Shown here piece by piece: positions 10,349 through 22,238 of a stretch of 64,000 nucleotides of DNA. Source of the stretch: Somniosus microcephalus. Taxonomy: Eukaryota. The notes beneath the pieces were generated by a model. That model was not told the origin of the DNA and ran no database searches. It saw only the letters and a program-made list of their open reading frames with translations. The position numbers were made by a program, and so were the translations under genes. Numbering within the stretch: the stretch's first letter is position 1; every line of letters begins with the position of its first letter. The stretch covers positions 16,244,001 to 16,308,000 of the forward strand of contig CM126212.1 of NCBI GenBank assembly GCA_052327205.1, given 5' to 3'.

Positions 10349-11508
10349 TGAAGAATGAAAGAAAGAACTTGCATTTACATAGCGCCTTTCAAAGCCTCAG
10401 GACATCCCAAACTGCTTTACAGCCAGTGAATTACTTTTGAAGTGTAGTCACTGTCATTGCATTGAATGCCAGTTCTGGCGACATTCCATTGCTGGACAGG
10501 CCATGAATACAGTGCAACAACGATGCTGAGGACCACAAGTGAAGAAGAGCGCCTCGTGTGGCCTCTGAAGTTGCTCTGAAGCAAACCTAACTGTGCAAAA
10601 TGCAAATATTCCCCACAGATGAGGATAAATAGGGCTTCTTTCAAAATAAATAAAACAATAAAGCACACGGTTCATTTGCACGTGCACACAATTCTGCCCG
10701 TGTGGATCACTTGCCTCATTTGCACTACCTCCAGGGGAGTTAAAACAGGGTTGTGCAAGTCACAATATGCTGACATGGAATAAAAAAGTTCCAAATTGTT
10801 TTAATTAGTAACTTGGAACAGGCCACAATGGACCACTGGGGAGCAAGGAGATATGTAATTAAAAACATTTTTTGCATTTGATTTTTGAAACAAAAGCAAA
10901 AAAAAAATAAAAAATTCTTTGAGCCATTTATTACGACGTCAGGAAGCTGCTGTAATGAAATGTCCCGTGGCTCAGGGCTGCACAGCCGCAACTTAATACA
11001 AAGTCCCACAAATCTTTTGCAGACAGAACTTGAGCAGTCACAACAACCCCACACCAGCCATATGAGAAGCAAAATCCCTTCTACAAACAGTCCTGCAGAG
11101 TTACAAGCCATTTAAAGCTAGGCCTCCAGGTATTTCGTTGGGTCATCCTGAAACAGTTAAATAAAGTCTTTGCCATCAGCTGTCTTAATCCCGTTCCCAA
11201 CCCAACGATGGGATTTCTTACACTCCATCAACACAGGCACTGAAATGGTGGCTTATTACAGGAGAGTAGTGCAGTATAGTCTGGAGAATGGAGTTGCACG
11301 GAAGGTAATACTGTGCAATCTGGGAAAGGGGTGCAGCATTGTCAGGGACAGTGGGCAGTTTGGTATAGTATGACCTGGGAGGATGGCAGGATGTGACTTC
11401 AGAGAATGAAGCAACCGGGGCTGGGAGGGGTTTGCAGCACCATCTGGGAAACTGGTGTGGCACGGTTTACTGGGGAGAGTAATGGGAGTGTGGCACGGTT
11501 TACTGGAG

Positions 11509-11764
11509 AGATTTAGGAACAGCTTCTTTCCCAGGGCTGTCATCCTACTGAACTCCACAAATAAACTCTAAAGCCTGCACATCTGCCAATGCACTTTATT
11601 ATGGCTATGTTTATGTTAATGTATTACAAGCCAAATGTATGTTGAATGTTTAAATGTCTTAATCTAAATGTACACTCTCGGGAGCCGCAAGCCTACATTT
11701 CGTTGTACTGCACTTGTGCACTAACAATGACAATAAAGTTGATTATGATTATTATTATGATTAT
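11509..11764 (+). mobile_element. Rex1/Babar LINE 3' end
   Basis: RFRNSFFPRAVILLN end, AATAAA and (gattat)n tail. Near-identical to the copies at 12308, 14066 and 59386. Confidence 0.85.
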
Positions 11765-12307
11765 CCATGGCCTGGGATAATTGTGTGGGATAATGATGCA
11801 TGGCTTGGAAGGTTAGTAACATATTGGAGAGTAGTGCAGTATCGCTTGGGAGTGCGATGCTGCATACTCTGAAAAGCTAGTTCAGTATGGGCGGGTAGTG
11901 CAGCATAATCTGGGAGGGGACCATGGCATGACCTGGAAGTCAACTTTCATGTAGAAAGGCAGTACAGCATTGCATGTAAGGAAGGAGAGAAAGAAAGAAA
12001 GCGAAATAAAGCTAGTGAGAAAGAAAGCAAGCAAGAAAGGAAAGAAAATAAAATAAAGATCTTGCATTTCTACAGCGTCTTTCACCACCTCAGGACGTCC
12101 TAAAGTGCTTTACAGCCAATGAAGTACTTTTGAAATGGAGTCACTGGTATAATATAGGAAACGCCGCAGCCAATTTACGCACGGCAAGCTCCCACAAATA
12201 GCAATGTGATAATGACCAGATAATCTGTTTTAGTCATGCTGATTGAGGGATAAATATTGGTCAGGACATCGAGGAGAACTTTTTTTTTTAACTTTAAAAT
12301 TTTTTTT

Positions 12308-12774
12308 TTTATTGTCATTGTTAGTGCACAAGTGCACTACAACGAAATGTAGGCTTGCGGCTCCCGAGAGTGTACATTTGGATTAAGACATTTAAACATT
12401 CAACATACATTTGGCTTGTAATACATTAACATAAACATAACCATAATAAAGTGCATTGGCAGATGTGCAGGCTTTAGAGTTTATTTGTGGAGTTCAGTAG
12501 GATGACAGCCCTGGGAAAGAAGCTGTTCCTAAATCTGGTCGTACGGGTGCGAATGCATCTGTAGCGTCTCCCAGATGGCAGGAGGGCGAACAGACCATGG
12601 CTGGGGTGGGTAGGGTCTTTGATGATGGACCGTGACATCTGTAGACAGCGTTTCTGGTATATGTGCTCTATGGTCGGTAGCCGGGTGCCGGTAATTCGTT
12701 GGGCAGTTTTGACTACCCGCTGCAGGGCTTTCCGGTCACAGTAGCTACAGCTGCCATACCATACTGTGATACAG
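12308..12774 (-). mobile_element. Rex1/Babar LINE 3' fragment inserted in a SINE
   Basis: Near-identical to 59410-59878. Flanked by an agaact direct repeat inside a SacSINE1-like copy. Confidence 0.85.
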
Positions 12775-14065
12775 AAGAACTCCCCTGTTCTTCTTCGAAT
12801 AGTGCCATGCGAGCATTTATGTCCACCTGAGAGGGCAGACGGGGCCTCGGTTTAACATCTCATCTGAAAGGCGGAAACTCTGGCAATGCAGCACTCCCTC
12901 AGCACTGCACTGAGAGTACCAGCCGTAACATGCTGTGACCTATGTAGGTAAACATTACTTATGCTAGGTTTTGAAATAAGAAAGAAACATTAGAGCAAAG
13001 GTGATGGGAAAATGTTTACTGTATAGATTTGTTTTTGTATCAGTATGTAACTTGAATTATTTTGAATCTGGGGACCAAAGTGTCAGTGCAACAAAAAACT
13101 ACAGGCGGAATAAGAACCTTTTTAAGATCATTTGCAAGCTCACTCAGTAGTCTTACAGCCTGAACTTGTGTTTTCTTAACGTTTTCAACATACTTGCCTT
13201 GAACTTCTGGCATTCTCTTCACTTAAAACCGCCAGTCTGATATATAATAAAACAAGTGACATGCAAGAAGTCATCACTCGCTGACAGAGCCCAAGACCAT
13301 CAATCAGCACATTTCCCTTTTAGGATAGGACCTTGGTTACAGTAAACATTTAGAAAATATTTTCAGGAGCAGTTGGTGAAATAAAGTGTCAGGTGCTAAG
13401 CAGAGTTTACAGAAAGATGCCCTGTCAGATCTGGAAGTGGTGGAAAATAGATTTCCTGCCCCCTGGTGCTGCCGGCATACACTGGATTTCTGGACCTTCT
13501 CAATCTGTGAGACAATATGCGGAATGGTCAGTTTATTTGAAGAAATATGAAGTTGCCATTCATGCAATTCTTTGGGTGCTGTGTGCACTGAAAGATTCAA
13601 AATGTTTTTGGATGAAAGTCAAGCCTGTGTAAGCAGTTTAAAATACTACTAATATTATTTCTCATTCCCTCTACAGTGAGATTTTCTCATTCCCTCTACA
13701 GTGAGATGTAAGGTACGATGACCTTTGCAGCTAATATTAAACCCAGATCGGAGCAGTTACGGTGTGACGAAACATTGTATGTGATTGGGTAATTGAAATG
13801 GTTGTAAATATGAACAGTGATATGTGAGCTTATTACAAATAATTCTCTCACTTTTAAGGGCTCGAATTTCCCAGGGCCGTGGCGGCGGGAATGGAGGCGT
13901 GTGGGGGGTTAAAATTGCAGAATCGGGGGGCACAAACCCATCCCGCCCCCAACCCGCCTCCATGCCCGTTTCCCAGGAGGCAGGTACCCGACCTGTGCTG
14001 GGAGCCTCATCCCCGAGGCGGGAAGGGGATTAGTGCCAATTAACTGCCTGTTAACAGGCAGTTCT

Positions 14066-16927
14066 TCATAATCATCATCAACTTTATTGTCATTGTTAGT
14101 GCACAAGTGCAGTACAACGAAATGTAGGCTTGCGGCTCCCGAGAGTGTACATTTAGATTAAGACATTTAACATTCAACATTCATTTGGCTTGTAATACAT
14201 AAACATAAACATAAACATAATAAAGTGCATTGGCAGATGTGCAGGCTTTAGAGTTTATTTGTAGAGTTCAGTAGGATGACAGCCCTGGGAAAGCTGTTCC
14301 TAAATCTGGTCGTTCGGGTGCGAATGCATCTGTATATGGATTGGAGGGTAGCTAACGTTACCCCACTATTCAAAAAGGGGGGTAGGGAAAAAGCAGGTAA
14401 TTACAGACCTGTAAGCCTTACATCAGTTGTGGGCAAAATGCTGGAGTCCATCATTAAGGATGAAATAGCGGAGCACTTAGCAAATGGGGACAGGATAGGA
14501 CAGAGTCAACATGGATTTACAAAGGGTAAATCGTGCTTGACTAATCTATTGGAATTTTTTGAGGGAGTAACTGGTAGAATAGATGGGGGAGAGCCAGTAG
14601 ATGTGGTGTACCTGGACTTCCAAAAGGCCTTCGATAAGGTCCCACATAAAAGATTAGCATGGAAAATTGAGGCTCATGGGATAAAGGGGAAAGTTTTGGC
14701 GTGGATAGGGAACTGGCTGTCAGATAGAAAACAGAGAGTTGGAATAAACGGCTCATTTTCTGAATGGCAGGCAGTAACAAGTGGGGTACCACAGGGATCT
14801 GTCCTGGGCCCCCAGCTGTTCACAATTTACATTAATGACCTGGATCAGGGAGTCGGATGCAGCATTTCCAAATTTGCAGACGACACTAAACTAGGAGGGG
14901 GGGTGGGCTCAGAGGAAGAGACCAGGAAGCTCCAGAGCGATTTGGACAGACTGGGCGATTGGGCGGATAAATGGCAGATGCACTATAATGTGGACAAGTG
15001 CGAAGTTATCCACCTTGGGTGCAGGAACGGGAGGGCAAATTATTATTTAAATGGCAATAGATTGGGAGAGGGGGAAGTACAGAGAGACCTGGGTGTTCTT
15101 GTACACCAGTCACTGAAGGCGAGCATGCAGGTGCAACAGGCGGTCAAGAAGGCAAACGGTATGCTGGCCTTCATAGCAAAAGGGTTAGAATACAGGAACA
15201 GGGATACCTTGCTGCAGCTGTACAGGGCACTGGTGAGACCACACCTCGAGTACTGTGTACAGTTTTGGTCGCCTCATCTGAGGAAGGATGTTCTTGCCAT
15301 GGAGGGGGTGCAGCGGCGATTCACCAGGCTGATACCAGGAATGGCGGGAATGACCTATGAGGAGAGACTATGTAGTTTAGGGATGTACACACTGGAGTTT
15401 AGAAGATTGAGAGGGGACCTCATAGAAGTGTATAAAATTCTGACAGGTCTAGACAGACTGGATGCAGAAGGAATGTTTCCCTTGGCGGGTGAGAACAGAA
15501 CTAGAGGACATAATTTAAGGATAAGGGCTAAACCATTTAGGACAGAGATGAGGGGGAATTTCTTCACTCAGAGAGTGGTGAACCTGTGGAACTCATTGCC
15601 ACAGAGGGCAGTGTACGCCAGCTCATTAAATATATTTAAGAGGGAATTAGATATATTTCTACGGGCAAAAGGGGTTAAGGGTTACGGAGAGAAGGCGGGG
15701 ACGGGATACTGAATTAAAGGATCAGCCATGATCTCATCGAATGGCGGAGCAGGCACGAAGGGCCGAATGGCCTACTCCTGCTCCTATCTTCTATGTATCT
15801 ATGTATGTATCTATGTAGCGTCTCCCAGATGGCAGGGGGGCGAACAAACTGTGGCTGGGGTGGGTAGGGTCTTTGATGATGGTCCGTGACCTCCGTAAAC
15901 AGCGTTTCTGGTAGATGTTCTCTATGGTCGGTAGCCGGGTGCCGGTAATGCGTTGGGCAGTTTTGACTACCCGCTGCAGGGCTTTCCGGTCATAGGAGCT
16001 ACAGCTGCCATACCACACTGTGATACAGTTCGTCAGGATGCTCTCTATTGTGCAGCGGTAAAAGTTAGAGAGGATCAGGGGTGACAGGTTACATCCTTTC
16101 AGCCTCCTTAGGAAATATAGGCGCTGCTGGGCCTTCTTCACCAAAGAGGAGGTATTGAGGGACCAGGAGAGGTCTTCCGTGATGTGGACTCCGAGGAACT
16201 TAAAGCTGTCCACCCTTTCCACCACAGCCCCATGGATGTGGATGGGGGTGTGACTTCCGCCTTTAGACTTCCTGAAGTCCACAATGATTTCCTTGGTTTT
16301 CTTGATGTTAAGGGCCAGGTTGTTATCGGCGCACCACTTCACGAGATGCTGGACCTCCTCCCTGTAGGCTGACTCATCGTTGTTGGTGATCTGGCCTACC
16401 ACCGTGGTATCATCCGCAAACTTGATGATGGTGTTGGAACCATGAACAGCCACACAGTCGTGGGTGAAGAGGGAGTAGAGGAGGGGGCTCAGCACACAAC
16501 CTTGTGGGGCCCCCGTGTTCAGGGTCAAGGGGGGGGGGGTGGGGGGGGGAGGTGTGGTGGGAGGTGTGGTTACCTAATTTGACAGACTGGGTCTGTTAGT
16601 TAGGAAGTCCAGGGTCCAGTTGCAAAGGGAAGTGTTCAGGCCAAGAGTGTGGAGTTTGGTGGCCAGCTTGTTGGGGACGATAGTGTTGAATGCTGAGCTG
16701 TAGTCTATGAACAGCATTCTGATGTAGGTCTCCTTACCGTCTAAGTGATTCAATGCAGAATGTAGAGCAGTTGTGATTGCATCCTCTGTTGATCTGTTTG
16801 CACGATAGGCAAACTGGTGTTGGTCAAGAGAGGCGGGAACACTGGCTTTGATGTGAGCCAGGACCAGTCTCTCGAAACACTTCATTATGATGGGCGTGAG
16901 TGCGACAGGTCGATAGTCGTTCAGACC
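14066..16927 (-). mobile_element. 5'-truncated Rex1/Babar LINE interrupted by CR1
   Basis: RT ORFs at 16574-16885 (KCFERLV...[11 protein letters not shown]) and 15791-16528 (GAPQGCVLSP...KFADDT). 3' UTR at 14066-14334. Confidence 0.92.
14337..15817 (+). mobile_element. 5'-truncated young CR1 LINE with intact RT reading frame
   Basis: DWRVANVTPLFKKG...GVPQGSVLGP...KFADDTK with no stops until 15712, then a (ctatgtat)n tail. Confidence 0.95.
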
Positions 16928-17974
16928 TAATCCCTATTTTCAGCCCTGAAGTGTGGGATTCCCAACGGCTCCAAACCACGCCAAGTTAACGAGGCAGACC
17001 GCCGGGCTGAAGGGTTCGAGATGTCCAGTGTTCAGGTGAGTGATGGGTGCATGAGTGCAGAGGTAAGTGTGTTTGGTGTGTGTAAAGTGTTTAAATAAGT
17101 TTTACTTACCTTTACTTATTAATGCAGGCTTCCTTCCTTCAGGTCTCGGGAGTCCCTCATCTCACCGGCACAGAAAGCAGAATGGCCGCCAGCTGTCAAA
17201 ATCTGCAGCATTCAGCTTTCTGTTCTGGAGAGATTTCTAACTGAGTCTGTGGAGAAGGACTCAAGTTAGAAGTACAGATTGTCGGTGTTTGATAGCTTGA
17301 CAGAGCTGTCAAACGCTGATATTTCATCTGTCAAAAGCTCTTGACAGATGAAACGTCAATCCCTGACGTCACCTGTTGCCGGGTGGCCCTTAGTCGGCCT
17401 GCTAAGCCCGCTGGGCGGGGCTCAACAAGGTCAATCAAGTGAAAATCGCGTGGGTTGGCCACAAATCGATGGAGGCGGGACTACAACCCCAAAAAGTGTG
17501 AGTCCCGCCTCCATCACGTCCCCATGGACAAAATCCAGCCCGCAGTGATTTCCACCAGAGTTAATGGTCGATTGTGACGCACCAGTTTAGAACTAATTTT
17601 CAAAGGTTGAATTTTTTGCATTCATAAATCTACTTACAAAGAAGGGCAGCCGAATGGGAACATTTCATTGATGTGCAGATCAGCCGTGATCTGAGTGAAT
17701 GGTGGAGCAGGCTCGGGGGGCTGGATGGCCTGCTCCTGTTCCTAATGTCCCCGAGAGTACAACTGAGCTGCGTGGGGTCCATGGCAATGGTTTGCCTTAG
17801 GCAATGGCAGCCCTCGTTCAGATTGTCGGGACAAAGGGAAAGGCCAGAGATAGAAATACATAAAGGGGCAGGTTATGATGATGGAAAAGACATGAAAAAA
17901 TGTGGACAAAATGAAGACAGACCACTTAAATTAGGGGCTTTTAAATTAGGGTAGTGCCAACAAGTTCAACCACA

Positions 17975-18240
17975 ACAACTTATATTTATATACTGCGACT
18001 TTAACATAGAAAAGCATCCCAAGGCACTTCACAGGAGTGTTATCAGACAAAAACTGACACCGAGCCACATAAGGAGATAACTGGGAAAGGTGAGCAAAAG
18101 CTTGGTCAAAGAGATAAGATTTAAGGTGCGTCTTAAAGGAGGAGAGAGCGGTAGAGAGGCGGAGAGGTATGGCAGGGAATTCCAGAGCTTAGGGCCTAGG
18201 CAGCTGAAGGCAAGGCCGCCAATGGTGGAGAGATTAAAAT
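17975..18240 (-). mobile_element. L2 LINE 3' fragment
   Basis: Reverse match to the 3' end of the L2 at 26525-28292. Similar fragments at about 28697-28780 (-), 40845-41102 (+) and 62148-62390 (-). Confidence 0.75.
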
Positions 18241-18867
18241 CTTCCTCATTCAGACTTTAAGGCACTAGTGGTATTTTATGTTAACAAAATCATAATGGTA
18301 TGGAAGTTGCCTTCCTATATTTCTATAATGTTAAGATTATGCTGTGTCTATCAATTCACAACCCCATATATTCTCATCAATATGACACTCTTGATGGGAA
18401 TTTTAAAAATACATTGAATTTTGAACCTATTAATATATTTAATCTCAATAAAGACGTATGGTAGCTTGATTTGCTGTACGCTCACTGATTGACTCAAACA
18501 ACCTCCAGACTCCACTCCCATTTTTTACACCCTGAGGTTCACTCTCCTTGTAAGCTCATTGGAAGCAAATTTCCAGGTTATTCTTGCATAGAATGCTTTA
18601 TCTTTAACACATTCTTTTGCTCTCTCTAACACTAGCAAATATTGATGCAGGACACACCTTTCACCTTCCAATGAAACCTTTCACTGATTGTGGCCACTAA
18701 AGACTCCCCCAATACCCCAAACCCTTGGTTTGAGAAGCAAAATAACCAATTGCATAACTATGACAAGCCACAGGGGACAGCATTTCCATCAATGCTTTCG
18801 ATTGCAGGCAATGCAAGCTCACAACAGAAGCGAGCATTTGAAAAATGGAGAGTCGACACCAGATATC

Positions 18868-19629
18868 GGCCCAGAACTTCGGGTCTCCACGGGTGAGTAT
18901 GCACGGGGTACTCACCCGTAAGCCCAATGGAAGTGCCGGTTTCCTGCATGCGCGGGAAACCGGCACTTCTATTCCCTTGAAAGAAGGGGTTCAGAGTTCG
19001 AACACGTGCGCAGGAGAGGCTGCACGTGCGCATCGAACTTAGGTTTTTTTTTTTTTTTATAATACAGGTTTTCCCGGGAGGGTAAGTCTCCAGGAGTTAG
19101 ACATATAAAAAGCAGGCGTAAGGCCTGCTTTTTACAAGGTAAGTGGTGAATTAATTAAAATTAAAACATTTTTTCCACAGGTTTATTATTTTTAAATAAT
19201 TTAAAGCAAGGCAAGTTTATTTTTAGCCCCGTTAGAAAATAAAATAATCTTTTTCAAAAATTTTAATTGTTTAAAATAGTTATTTCTTGAAATTTATAGT
19301 TTATTTAAAAAATGTGATTTTTTCCTAATTCATTTGAAGATTTAGTGATGTTTTGGGGCCCGTAGTATTTATAAGTTTTGATAGCCCTTCCTGTCAAACT
19401 TATGAATGAAGCATTCCCTGCTCCGATTGGCTCGCCATGGCCCACGTGATCCCAGGGGACGCTTCGAACTAACTGCGCCCCTGGGATACGCAAGCACTGT
19501 GCGCCGGCAGTTGGAGCAGGCCCAGGATCGGAATCCCACGCGGGCCCACAGCTCAACGGCCGGCGCGCTAGGTAAGTGCAGGTCGGAGGCTTGCACCCGC
19601 GGGAAGCCCCCGACCCGAATTTCTGAGCC
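18868..19629. mobile_element. Harbinger-type MITE
   Basis: TIRs ggcccagaacttcggg / cccgaatttctgagcc with flanks atc/att and an AT-rich core. A second copy starts at 63943 in the opposite orientation. Confidence 0.8.
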
Positions 19630-20323
19630 ATTAAGCCCCTTGGCACACAGGACGTTGGATATAGTGGGCTACCACTCTATGGTCCCCATTGGACAGCAGA
19701 ATGCAGGTGGCTACAAAAGTCTTCATCCTCCATCTTCGTAAGGACAATGGAATTCCCAAAGGAATGCCCACGCTACCCCCAGGGTCCTGGCGGTTAGTTC
19801 AGGCAAACTAGCTTGAATAATTAGGGAGCAAAACTGAATGTCTAACCGGAAACTGGCAACAAATTGAAGATCCGATCCAAAGAAATGGTGACAGAACACA
19901 AAAATGCAATGAAAAAACGGCCCAAAAATGAGCTCTCCTAAATCATTGCAACAGATCTGGCAGTACAGCTTTAAGAGTACTTCCAGCTTATGTGTAATAA
20001 TAAAAACAGAAAATGCTGGAAATACTCAGCAGGTCAGGCAGCATTTGTGGAGAGAGAAACAGAGTTAACGTTTCAGGTTGATGACCTTTCGCCAGCTGGT
20101 GTGTGCCCACAGGAGAGTGCTGTGCCCCAGGTTTTAAAGGCACACAGGGCGGATATCACACCAAGATGCGACACACTGCAATTGCACTGTGGCCTCGTGG
20201 TGTCTTCCCTCAACTGTTCTTTGAATATAACCATGGACTTTATGTCACCTGTAAAACAACTTAAATGCTTTATACGTAACTTAGCGCTCATTTACCATGG
20301 TTAAAGAAAAACAAAGCACTTGC

Positions 20324-20507
20324 CTGGAATGCAGCAAACCACATAAGCCAGTCGAGGCGGTAATGGTACGGAGTAATAATGCACGGTCTCCGCTTCAAAT
20401 CGCCAGGTTTACACTTGAACTCGTATTCCTCCCACAAGGCACTGGGATCATGCGGATCCTGGCTCATCGTCCCCTGAACTATGACCTCGGTCCGTTCCTT
20501 TGTAATA
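20324..20507 (-). CDS. LMF1: LMF1 internal coding exon (exon 9 equivalent), 184 bp, GC donor
   Basis: Translation (S)ITKERTEVIVQGTMSQDPHDPSALWEEYEFKCKPGDLKRRPCIITPYHYRLDWLMWFAAFQ, the hallmark LMF C-terminal motif. Acceptor ttttttcccag and donor CAG|gcaagt. Confidence 0.95.
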
Positions 20508-21339
20508 CTGGGAAAAAAGAAAAACAGAAACACCACACTGAGGATTAAAAATGTGTTTTTTTTACTGTTGTCACAATACTGTAAAGTAACCACTTTTAAA
20601 ATAATTTTTACATAGAATGTACAGCACAGAAGCAAGCCATTCGGCCCAACTGGCCTGTGCCGGTGTTAATGATCCACACGAGCCTCCTCCTACCCCTCGT
20701 CATCTAACCTTATCTGCGTTCCTCCTATTCCTTTCTCCTTCACGTAGTTATCTACTTCCCCTTAAATGCATCTACACTATTCACCTCAGCCACTGCTTGT
20801 GGCAGTGAGTTCCACATTCCCACCACTCTTTTTTTCTTTTACATTATTTAATTGTCAGAAACAAATCATGTAGCGAGTGTCTTTAAACAAAAGCTCTCCA
20901 CAACTGCTGATAGCACAAGGATAGTGTCAGCATTGTGACCACAATCCCACTTAACCCGCTTAAGTCTGAGTCATTTCTCTTAAGTCTCAAGCCATGCAAA
21001 TCACCTTTCATATAACATCTAGCAATATTGATTTTTGCAAAGTTCTAAAATGTTTGGCTCTTCGAGCTGTCACTGTGTGATGTGGTACTTAGTCACCCGG
21101 AATAGGAAGGTGTCGGTTTCACACTCTCGTGCCAAGATAGCCAAATTTCTATAGGAGCAGTGGCGAGAGTCTTGTGGGTCTCAGCGTCTCATGGTAGAGA
21201 AGGGACAAAAATATCAGCCAAGGCTCCTACGCCTGCTCACTATCCAGTAACCCCCCATGGATGTCGGGCGAGGAGATTAATGTGGTCAACTGTGGTGTTT
21301 CTTCCCCCCACACCCCCCTCAAAGTGATTGAACACCATG

Positions 21340-22238
21340 GGTACAGTAGTATAGTGATTATGTTACTGGACTAGTAATCCAGAGGCCTGGGCTAATAATC
21401 CAGAGAATGCAAGTTCAAATCCCACAATGGCAGCTTGAGAATCTCGATCAGTTTTTTTTTTAAATCTGGTAACAGAGTAAAGTGACCATGAAGGTGTTGG
21501 ATTGTCGTAAAAACCCAACTGGCTCACTAATGTCATTTAGGAAAGGAAACCTGCCATCCTTACCCGGTCTGGCCTATATGTGATTCCAGTCCCACGCCCG
21601 TTCACTGTGTTCATTAGGAAAGGAAATCTACCGTCCTGACCCGGCCTGGCCTATATGTGACTCCGGTCCCACGCCCGTTCACTGTGTTCATTAGGAAAGG
21701 AAATCTACCGTCCTTACCCGGTCTGGCCTATATGTGACTCCGGTCCCACGCCCGTTCACTGTGTTCATTAGGAAAGGAAATCTACCGTCCTTACCCGGTC
21801 TGGCCTATATGTGACTCCGGTCCCACACCCATTCACTGTGTTCATTAGGAAAGGAAATCTACCGTCCTTACCCGGTCTGGCCTATATGTGACTCTGGTCC
21901 CACGCCCGTTCACTGTGTTCATTAGGAAAGGAAGTCTACCGTCCTTACCCGGTCTGGCCTATATGTGACTCCGGTCCCACGCTGGATTCACTGTGTTCTT
22001 TAGGGAAGGAAACCTGTCGTCCTTACCCGGCCTGGCCTATATGTGACTCCAGTCCCACGCCAACGTGGTTGAATCTGAACGGCCCTCTGAAGCGGCCTAA
22101 CAAGATACTCAGTTGTATCAAAACCGCTTAGACTGCAACGATTCAAGAAGGCCCAATACCACCTTCACAGGCCAACCAGGAATGGGCAAAAAATGCCGGC
22201 CTTGCTAGCAATGCCCACACCCCGAGAATGGATAAAAA
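21340..22238 (+). mobile_element. tRNA-derived SINE with an internally amplified core
   Basis: Head ...gttactggactagtaatccagag...gttcaaatccc. Tail gggcaaaaaatgccggccttgctagcaatgcccac resembles the LINE tail at 62085-62135. Confidence 0.8.
21524..22060. repeat. 77-bp minisatellite x7
   Basis: Unit ttcactgtgttcattaggaaaggaaatctaccgtccttacccggtctggcctatatgtgactccggtcccacgcccg. Internal copies start at 21601, 21678, 21755, 21832 and 21909, with more diverged first and last units. Confidence 0.95.

Larger units (their letters stand above)
13858..17541. mobile_element. Harbinger-type MITE carrying nested LINE insertions
   Basis: Ends gggctcgaatttc / aaaatccagccc with GC-rich subterminal regions. 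TSD not clean. Confidence 0.55.

Noticed and set aside
13656-13706. 25-bp perfect tandem duplication (similar ones at about 4664-4719, 45183-45223, 50974-51021)
   Set aside because: Ordinary slippage duplications with no sign of function.
14276-14336. N-terminal extension of the 478-aa CR1 ORF as a fusion protein
   Set aside because: It is antisense Rex1 sequence that happens to be open upstream of the truncated CR1.
1-20300. Downstream LMF1 exons (TYE.N.W... and the terminal exon), and the upstream TQP.PNP exon beyond 34550
   Set aside because: Not found by eye on the minus strand. They probably lie outside the window, though a missed exon cannot be excluded.
21524-22060. CRISPR-like array
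   Set aside because: Head-to-tail identical units with no unique spacers, in a eukaryotic SINE context.
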